From Octopus sinensis (lineage: Eukaryota): DNA of 64,000 nt. Shown one piece after another: positions 54,999 to 64,000 of the stretch. The stretch covers positions 33,678,464-33,742,463 of the forward strand of contig NC_043011.1 in NCBI RefSeq assembly GCF_006345805.1, given 5' to 3'. The notes beneath the pieces are model-generated. The model did no database searches and was not told where the DNA came from. It saw only the letters and a list, made by a program, of their open reading frames with translations. A program made the position numbers and the translations under genes. Numbering within the stretch: the first letter of the stretch is position 1; each line of letters opens with the position of its first letter.

Positions 54999-56761
54999 CT
55001 CATGGAAAATCATTGACAGGCAAAATAGCCAAGATTGACATGTACAATATTAAGATGTGACAGCACTGAATATACTTAGTTAAGACTTGCAAAGGACATG
55101 GTCACTATCACACTCACCTTCACTACTTACCAACAGTCAACATCATCTTCATCATCATCACCACCACCACCACCATCACTGCCGCCACCACCACCACCAC
55201 CTCCATCATCATCATCATCATCATTATCATCAACGTCATCACCCCCTCCACAGACACTGCTCAAAGGCACATTGTTGATGAGTACCAAGTAAGGGGGGGA
55301 GGTAAAAGAAAGGTGTCTGCGGTCAAAACCAACAAATTTCCCAACCTCACCACCACAACCGCCATTCTCCCTTCCCTCATGTCTGTAATTAGTAAGTGTG
55401 AGAAAGTGTAAGCAGAAGTGAGGCTTAGAAAGGTGCAGTTTCACTGTTCTGTAAAAATAGTAGAGATATATGAATGGGGAAGGGGGTGGTTAAAAATAAT
55501 AAAATATATAAAACAAAATGCTAAAAGAAGAAAAAAATAAAAGAAAAATAAAGACAAACATAACAAAACAGCAATTTTCAATTCTGACCAACTTCATCAT
55601 CATCATCATCGTCGTCGTCGTCGTTTAACATCTGCTTTCCATGCTAGCATGGGTTGGATGATTCGACTGAGGTCTGGCAAACCAGATGGCTGCACCAGGC
55701 TCCAATCTGATCTGACAGAGTTTCTACAGCTGGATGCTCTTCCTAATGCCAACAACTCTGAGAGTGTAGTGGGGGCTTTTACGTGCCACCGGCATGAGGG
55801 CCAGTCAGGTGGTACTGGCAACAACCATGCTCAAATGGTGCTTTTGTCAAATAAATGTATATCATTAGCTGAACCCATAGCTTTGCAATCACATGGTTTT
55901 GAGTTAAGTCTCACAAGGACACCTGTCATTAGCCTTGAGCCAATCAAAGACAGAAATTGTGAGAATCTGTTGGATATATAAATGCAGACACACACAGACA
56001 CACACTCACACACATGCACACACAAACACATATAAATATGATCTGTTAAATTTATACCCCTACCAACCGTTCTTCAGAACAGAATTACCATATTTGATGG
56101 TACAAAAGACACTTTGGTATTTTGAGACATTCCCCAATTTCAACAGCAAGTATTCAGGAGGAAGTGATCACCAAGGACAAAATCATCTTAGGGAGGCCCA
56201 ACTTCACTTAAAGGACCCAGGGTAGTTTTTTTCATGACATATTTTATATATCATCAAATATGGTACATTTTAAACTCCCTACAAAGATGTTACTCTGTGT
56301 GTGTGTTTGTTCAATTTTCACCTACCAAACAGACTCACAAGGTTTTGGTTTGCCTAAGGCTGTTGTATAAAATACTTGCCCAAGGTTTCACACAATGCAA
56401 CTCAACCCCAAATTAAGCAACTGGAAAGCAAACTTCTCAACCACACCTATAGAAATGAAAAACATCCATCCATCCACCCACCCACTCATCTGTCCGTCCG
56501 TCTATCTGTCCATTCATCCATCCATCCATTTATCTATCTGCCTGTCTTCTAACCACACAGCGACACCTGCACCTATATATAATGTATGTTGCAGTCAGTA
56601 CTCCATGATCTGAACCTTGAGTATCCAGTAAATAGAGAAGGTCTCTTAATTTTCCAACAGCCATCTGACTTTATACCATTAACTAACCTAATAAATATTA
56701 ATTGATACTCCCTTATCTTAAGTACTTTTTCTTCTGTCACCACTAACAATATATATCTATA

Positions 56762-56800
<39 letters not shown>

Positions 56801-57833
56801 GTATATATATACATATATATGTGTGTGTGTGTGCATGTATATATATATATATATATATAATATATATATATATATATACATATATAGAGAGAGAAAGAGA
56901 AAGAGAGATGGATTTTAATTGATTTATATAAATATATATTTGTTGTATTAAAAGAACAAAAAGACATTGCTTTGATAACTTTATCATAAATAACAGAAGA
57001 TATTTACATTTTTATCAAAATATGCTACCATTTTCAATCATTTGTAAGTTGATTTAATCATGCTGAGAAATATTTTCTTTCTCTTATTCGTGATACAGCT
57101 CTCAAAGCATTTTCTTTATGCTTTTTAATTTAAATTTAGCCGTGTGAAACCTCTTAACCTTTATATCACACACACACATGCACACACACAGAAACACACA
57201 TACCCCTATTTCCCCTACACACACATAATATTGGAAAGAGGCAAGAGATAGCAGAACACAACATTGGGGCAGCAGACGAAAACAATGTCTTATGATATCT
57301 TGTTCTGCCCCAGTTATGTGTTAGGTCCCTGTAGCTACAAGATTGTTGGACTTTGATTCTGATGAGACAGATCGATAAAATTAATATGAGAGAAAGCACA
57401 GGAGTTGATATAATCCTCAAAACAAACAAACAAACATCCTTGTTGGCATCCTCTGTTATGCTGAAAGTTATTTGATTGATGAAGCCAAGGAAAAAAAAAA
57501 TTTTAAAGATTTTTTTTTGAAAAGAGGCAAAACAATAAAAGAAAAAAAAAGAGAATGTTAAAACTATGATCACATTAAGACGGGAGAAATAAAGACTTAA
57601 ACAAAATAATATAAAAGAAAAATGTTTTAAATAAAAAATCGAAAACAAAACAAAACAATCAATGAATTAACTAAAATTAATTATTCAATCAAACAATTAT
57701 CAATTATTAACAGTTTTTCGAGGTATTTTATTATTAATATTATTTCTGTAGTTTGTCCTTAAACGGTGATTTTCTTCCAGGATGTAAGAGGCTGGCAAAT
57801 TTGGCGTTTCAGTGTAGGTATGTATGTATGTAT

Positions 57834-57881
<48 letters not shown>

Positions 57882-57901
57882 TAGATAGATAGATAGATAG
57901 A

Positions 57902-58035
57902 TTCAATCTTTAGTATGCTAACGCACATCATGTCACCCTATGAGTTTTCTCCCCTTGCAGCTGCATTGCACTGCATTGAAAGGGGAGAAAACTCGTATGG
58001 TGACATAATGTGCTTACAGCATGCTAAAGGTTGAA
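57902..58035. repeat. 134-bp imperfect palindrome (MITE-like fold-back)
   Basis: ttcaatctttagtatgct...gagttttctccccttgca pairs with tgaaaggggagaaaactc...agcatgctaaaggttgaa. Confidence 0.8.
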
Positions 58036-58992
58036 TATGTGTGTGTATATGTATTTGTATATATAGGTGCAGTATGGTTGAATGGTTAAATTTGCTTCCC
58101 AACCACAAGGTCCTGGGTTCAATCCTACTAAGTGGTATCTTGGGCAAGTGTCATTATTTTTTTTTTAACCTCAGGTTGATCCATATGTTGTGAGCGAAGC
58201 TAAGTAGAGGGAAACTGTACAGAAGCCTGTCAGCTGGATTGTACTAGTAATTCAAAGGTGACCCCCATGTCACACTATGCTATGCTTATTCTCTCTGAGA
58301 ATTAAATTAAGGGTGCTCAAGTCTGTTGGAATACTCAGTCACTGAGCACATCAATAATGATCTTTTTCTTCTCTCTTTCTCCAGTTTTCTCTCTCTCTAC
58401 GTGTTTGTGTGTGTGTGTGTGTGTGTGTGGAAATGTGGTTTAGTGTTTAGGGTATTGCATTCATGATCTTACGATTGTGGTTTTGATTCCTGAACCAGGT
58501 GATGCAGTGTATTCTTCCCATTGCTCCAGCCCAGTGTGTGTGTGTGAAAACACCTGCCCAAGGAGCCATGCAGTGGGATTGAAGCTGGAGCCATGTGATT
58601 GGGAAGTCACACCAGCACCTATATATACATATTTATATATAAACACACACACACGATGATATAAAACAGTGAGAATGTGTACTCAACACCATATTTGGCA
58701 GATAAATACTCTTCATTTGAGGATTATGAATGTTACCAATGGTTTCATGTGAAAAGAATTTCTAAATGTAACAGACCGTAACATTGTTAATGCACAAATA
58801 AATAAATATACATGTGTGTGTGTATGTGAGAGCATGTGTGTGTGTGTGTAATTTAGATGTTATGCAAGAGTGACTTTTTTTGCATATTTCTTGTTTTATT
58901 TATTTATTTATTTATTTGTGTGTTTCATTAGCAATTTCCAACTGCCACCCGCCCATAAAATGACGAGTTAAAAGAACACAAGAGAAAAACAA

Positions 58993-59037
<45 letters not shown>

Positions 59038-59142
59038 TACATGATAAATTTGGTGTAACAACAATGTAAAACGTTACTTTTAATTGTTACTATTAATGCT
59101 AAGTTTGTATCATGAAAGAATTCTTATGTCTTTGTGTACATC

Positions 59143-59177
<35 letters not shown>

Positions 59178-59247
59178 GTGGATGTGCGTGCACATGTATG
59201 TATGCAGGTAGGTAGGTAATGTATGGGTGCCAGCTGTTTCAGCAGTG

Positions 59248-59399
59248 TTATGTTGTTTCATACAACTGTAAGTCCAGTCGTATTATAACTTCTCCCGATT
59301 CTGCTTCGTGCAATTTGAGTTTCTTAGTGATGGGGCCACGTCGCAGCATGGTTTCTTGATAAATTTCTTCTGTGTAGATCTCAGTTCGTCCCAAAAAAT
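59248..59399 (-). CDS. ITSN: Intersectin terminal coding exon (end of C2 domain and stop)
   Basis: Polypyrimidine tttttttttcag acceptor. Phase-1 join G+AT gives DFLGRTEIYTEEIYQETMLRRGPITKKLKLHEAESGEVIIRLDLQLYETT*, matching the ITSN C-terminus (DFLGRTEI...GP.TK.L.LHE...GE...RLDLQL). TAA at 59250-59248. Not in the ORF track in this frame. Confidence 0.93.
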
Positions 59400-59726
59400 C
59401 TGAAAAAAAAAAAATGTAAGCGGAGATTTAGAAATATCAAATTCGCAAATAAAATGAATATACATTTTTTTTTTTTTTCCTCTTTCCTACCAAGAATTCA
59501 CAAGGACTTCGAACCCACAAGAGTAAACAGAGACAGGCAGAAACAAGGAAAATGCCACTTGTATTTTAACACTATACAAATATTCTTTTAAAAAAACTTT
59601 TCTTTTTAATTTTTCTAAATTTAATTATTTAATTGTTACAGTTGAAAAAGTCCCAATGACTGAAACCAGTACTGAAATGATTTTTATAAAATTATATTAG
59701 CATTTTCAATCTTGACTTTTTTTTCC

Positions 59727-59757
<31 letters not shown>

Positions 59758-60028
59758 CGTGAGTGTGTATGTGTGTGTGTGTGTGTGTGTGTTTGGGTGC
59801 ACATTTTCAGCATTAAATGGAGAAGCGGCAATGAGTGACAGTTCTGTAAATAATAACTATAATTATAAGCTTATAGCTTATAAGCAATCACCATGTATTG
59901 GCTAAAGAAAATAGTCTAATATTGGGGCATATATGCCTCAATATTAGACAATTTTCTTTAGCCAATACACAATACATAGTGATTACTTATAAGCTTTATC
60001 TTTATAATTATTATTATTATTATTTACA

Positions 60029-60090
<62 letters not shown>

Positions 60091-60371
60091 GCCGAATTAA
60101 ACAGAGAACCGACAGAGCTACTAATAGTTTCATGCTATTATGATACTTGAACAAGCATATTTATAAAATACACCATGTTCTTTATGTTGCCTGTCTCGCT
60201 TCTCTATTTGTTTCTTTCATTGTTCACAAAAAAGTTCGTTTACTATGTTTTTGTTTTTATGTTCTTGTTTCTCATTTTGTTGATGCTTTTTTTGATGTCC
60301 TGTACCCATATATGCATGTATATATACATATATATATGTAGGTATGTACATATATATAATAAAATATATAA

Positions 60372-60976
60372 CTCACTTCGAGAGTTGCATTCCCTCGCGT
60401 TCTGTACAATGTGGTTATTATAGTAGTTTTGACTTTAAGAGTCCCTCCTAGCATGAGGAATTTATGTATAGTAATGCCCTTAATATAAATAAATATATTT
60501 ATAGGGAATGATTAATAAATTGTTCCCTTATGAGGTTTTTCACGCTAACTACTTTATAAATTCTTATAAAGATTTTATCCTATATTTAAATTGTAAATTT
60601 AACCGAAATACATTCAGTGCTGAATTTTATTCTGAAGAAACACGCATACTGAAATGCAATTTGAAAAGCCCGCCTCTTACATAGATATATACGTCTAAAC
60701 AATTTCTATGTACTATGCTGAATACATGTGGTGTTCGTCTGGTATGTGATTTTGGTTTATTTTTATGTCTTGACTATGGTTGCACTGATGAGTAAAAATT
60801 GCATCTTGTGCACTAATTACGAAATCATATGATATGCAACTGAGTCTGTTTTTAGAAGGCTCACTTCGAGAGTTGCATTCCCTCGCATTTGGTACAATGT
60901 GGTTATTACAGTAATTTTGACTTTAAGAGTCCCTCCTAACGTGAGGCATTTATGTATAGTAATACTCTTAATATAA

Positions 60977-60985
<9 letters not shown>
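60372..60985 (+). mobile_element. Non-coding hammerhead-bearing element with about 125-bp direct terminal repeats (Penelope pLTR or retrozyme-like)
   Basis: ctcacttcgagagttgcattccctcgc...cttaatataaataaatatat occurs at 60372 and 60860 (period 488); the hammerhead lies just before the second copy; ends in (TA)n; no credible ORF. Confidence 0.7.
60772..60846 (+). ncRNA. Type I hammerhead ribozyme, intact core
   Basis: GTTGCA-CTGATGA-GTAA[aaattgcatcttgtgcactaa]TTAC-GAAA-TCATATGA-TA-TGCAAC. Stem I is 6 bp, extendable to about 12 with GACT/AGTC; G10.1-C11.1 pair present; palindromic stem III ATCATATGAT; AUA site with cleavage predicted after 60834. Confidence 0.85.
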
Positions 60986-61017
<32 letters not shown>

Positions 61018-61562
61018 ATATAATATTAATTAGAGACAAAACCACTATTATGCAAATCAAACAAAGAAAGACTTAATCCAATACATAAAAATTTTTATAT
61101 AAATTAAATATAATTAAGATATCCACTACGATCGTTTCTTGTCACTTCTATTGACATTCATCAGGTGGTTTCAAGACCTAAAATATAATCAATATTTTTA
61201 AGATATAAATTTGAAATGACTAATATATATAAAATATAAAATTATCAATGAAAATATATATAAAATCAAGAACTAAAATAACCTCTATAAACGATTGTAT
61301 ATAATGAAACCTAGTATATTTAAATTCTCATATTTAAAGATGAAATAGCTAATTTCAAAAAACAAAAAAGTGGATATCTTAATTATATTTAATTTATATA
61401 AAATTTTTTATGTATTGGATTAAGTCTTTCTTTGTTTGATTTGCATAATAGTGGTTTTGTCTCTAATTAATATTATATTATATTTTACTATAAAATTGGA
61501 GTCAATCCTAAATCTGATTTTTCCCTGTAAATTTGGATTTATTCCCTAATATTTATTATTAT
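61018..61562. mobile_element. Fold-back element with hammerhead (inverted Penelope-like pLTR arrangement)
   Basis: About 110-bp near-perfect inverted arms at 61018-61127 and 61369-61478, hammerhead beside the left arm, (TA)n on both sides. Confidence 0.7.
61123..61168 (-). ncRNA. Minimal type I hammerhead ribozyme motif
   Basis: Minus strand reads CCAC-CTGATGA-A-TGTCA-atagaag-TGACA-A-GAAA-CGATCG-TA-GTGG. Palindromic stem III ACGATCGT, GUA site; the first stem II pair is an A.A mismatch. Confidence 0.78.
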
Positions 61563-62324
61563 TATATATATATATATATAAATATATATATATATCCACA
61601 CATGCACACACACACACATGCACACACACACACACATTTACCATCATCCTCATCATTTTAACAATTGCTTTACCATGCTTGCATGGATTGGACAGAGCTT
61701 ATCGAGGCACAGACTGTTGAGTGTGGCCATACCGGGGTACAATCATTAAAATGTTGTTCATAAGCTAATTAATTTTCCAACCACATCTGTAGCAATAAAA
61801 CATGGTTTTTAAAATATTTACATTTACAATTTTCATTGGCTTTCTTATTCACAGCCTTGGACCAGCCCGCACCTGTTTTTAAACAAGCTAAAATTTCCTC
61901 ATGCCCAGACAAGTTTCCTCACAAGCCAACAATTTTGAGAGAAGGATTTTAGTCAATACCATCAACCCCAGTCTGAAATAGAGATTTTATTTTATTAACT
62001 CTGAACAAATGAATGGCAAAATTGACCTCAGAATGTAAAGAGCTGGAACAGATATTGCAAGCCATTTTGTCTGATGCTCTAATGATTTTGCTAGTAACAG
62101 ATGAAATCAGAATAGAGTATCCAGTAGAACTGTTACGAAAGGTTTGCCCCTTTGTCACAACCAGAATCAAGAAAGTATTAGATAGTTGAAAAGAACAAAA
62201 AGTATGGTAACCTATGACCAGTAAACAAGTGTCACCTTAGTCTGCTGGCTGTGGACAGTTGACACTTTCAATCATACCAGCAAAATAAGTTGTGAGTTTT
62301 CATATAATGATGATGATGACGATG

Positions 62325-62376
<52 letters not shown>

Positions 62377-62392
62377 TAATAATAATAATAAT

Positions 62393-62700
62393 AGAATCTC
62401 TAGGAATGATTAAAAAAAGGTACTGAAACCTATTTAAAAATGATGCCAGGCTTACCATCCCTAGAGGAAGTGCAAAAAATCGTGTTAACTGGAATGACTC
62501 GTGTACTGAGAAGAGCATTATCACTATGAAAACAACATCCATTCATGAATTTATTTGTTTATTAATTTTTTTTAAATACATATTTTACCTGTAAATTTGT
62601 GTGTGTAATCTGGGAATACATACAATGAGCTTCTCTGCCCTAGGTGTACGGAAAACACTCAGCGAGAAATGGAAGAAAATTTGACGAAAGAAGGAAAAAT
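62393..62700 (+). mobile_element. R4/Dong-like extreme 3' end between (AAT)n tracts
   Basis: LGMIKK...PSLEEVQKIVLTGMTRVLRRALSL followed by a UTR and (AAT)n. Confidence 0.6.
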
Positions 62701-62715
62701 AATAATGATAATAGC

Positions 62716-62760
<45 letters not shown>

Positions 62761-62761
<1 letters not shown>

Positions 62762-63354
62762 TGCCCTGATGCAGTACCAGGCAATGGCTCTCATGGCTAT
62801 GCCCTGATGCAGTACCAGGCAGTGGCTCTCATGGCTTCTGATCTTAACTGATTGGAAGTGTTATCATGTACATTGTTTTGTCTTAGTATAAAAGATGCGC
62901 TAAAGCAAATATTCTGCTCAATACCACAGATTTGCTTGTCAGTTGTTTGACCTTAACTAGTTGACCATGTCCCTTAGTGGCTGACGATATGTGCATCTCT
63001 GATCATGACCAGAAGTAGTGGGGGAGCATCATAGCCGTGTGCTGAAAGGAATTCTTGGAGGTTTGGATAATTCACCTTTAGAAACATGGGTGGTTTGTTC
63101 AACATCCTTAAAAAATCCTTATTCAGGGACCTTTTCAGCAGGATGAGCTACTCAACTAGAAGAAAATTCTAACTGGGCCTCACCTGCAAGGTCATGCGCT
63201 GTTTATCTTGATACGAGATCACCATGTCACGCACATATGGTTGTGATGCACGTGCCTGGTGTACCCTTATCAGACGGGTAGTCATGATGGGTATACTGGG
63301 CTTCGTATATTTTACCCCAGTGTCACTTTGATGGCATGAACTGCTCTCTCACTC

Positions 63355-63355
<1 letters not shown>
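62761..63355 (+). mobile_element. Non-coding element inserted in (AAT)n, probably a LINE 3' region
   Basis: Flanked by (AAT)n on both sides; 38-bp tandem duplication at the 5' end; no ORF recognised. Confidence 0.45.
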
Positions 63356-63401
<46 letters not shown>

Positions 63402-63642
63402 CATATCCTTTCTACTATAGAAACAAGGTCTGAAATTTTGTGAGAGGGCTAGTTGATTACATTGACCCCTAATGTTCAACTGGTATTTATTTCATCAACC
63501 CTGAAAAGATGAAAGACAAAGTCCAGCTCGGCAGAATTTTAACTCAGAACATTAAGATGGATGAGATGCTACTAAGAATTTTTTCCAGCATGCTAATAAT
63601 TCTGCAAGCTCACTGCCATGATGATGATGGTGATGATGGTGG

Positions 63643-63673
<31 letters not shown>

Positions 63674-63699
63674 ACAAATTCTCTACGACAGCAACTGAC

Positions 63700-63873
63700 C
63701 ATTTGGGGAGAAGAGGTCTCGATCAAAGACACTAATACATAAGACATCTTGGTGCACATCTCGAATGACAAACTGCATTGAGTCATTCCATTTGGGATTA
63801 AGGGTTCCATTGATGACTTTGGTCCTATGTTCTTGGCTTCCCATGCTCACTTCACAATAAGGGTCACTTTTTC
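63700..63873 (-). CDS. ITSN: Intersectin (long isoform) C2-domain exon, penultimate coding exon
   Basis: Translates to (G)[57 protein letters not shown], closely resembling the ITSN1/2 C2 domain as I recall it. Acceptor ccctcag at 63874-63880, donor G|gtcagt at 63699; 174 nt, phase 1 on both sides. Upstream exons lie beyond the window. Confidence 0.93.
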
Positions 63874-64000
63874 CTGAGGGTTGCCAGGGCAACAGAAGAA
63901 AAAAATAGGTGTATTAGAAGGAGAAAAGATTGTATAAAAAATGTGGTATCATTTTTTAAAAAAACATGAAAAACAAATACATTTGCTTACGGAAGTGAAA

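Noticed and set aside
55087-55444. His-, Pro- and Gly/Asp-rich ORFs
   Set aside because: (CAT)/(CAC) trinucleotide repeat with no convincing exon context.
60112-60160. Minus-strand GAAACTATTAGTAGCTCTG half-hammerhead (similar halves near 38030-38075 and 48565-48615)
   Set aside because: No CUGANGA or 5' stem I strand; truncated remnants only.
63683-63892. ORF-track start MPWQPS and end GQLLS for the C2 exon
   Set aside because: Both are intronic read-through; the splice sites define 63700-63873.

Overview
AT-rich, microsatellite- and repeat-dense animal DNA. The repeat repertoire suggests a cephalopod, probably Octopus (inference). The only host coding sequence I can support is the last two exons of an intersectin gene (C2 domain, - strand, 63700-63873 and 59248-59399, phases and splice sites consistent). 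The rest is four modular tRNA-derived SINE families, decayed R4/Dong, RTE and CR1 LINE fragments, a mariner pseudogene, Tc1/mariner and TTAA MITEs, non-autonomous Helitrons and simple repeats. Most ORFs in the supplied track are microsatellite artefacts. The most notable signal is a set of type I hammerhead ribozyme motifs with palindromic stem III: 7 clearly foldable copies from about 6 sequence families, plus 3 copies of a variant-core family. They sit in non-coding direct or inverted repeat units, mostly next to (TA)n, and look like Penelope-like or retrozyme-like elements. One has an intact core inside a 488-nt direct-repeat unit. Another is in sense orientation in the last intersectin intron, with an inverted-repeat boundary at its predicted cleavage site. 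All folding and alignment was done by eye, and repeat boundaries are approximate.
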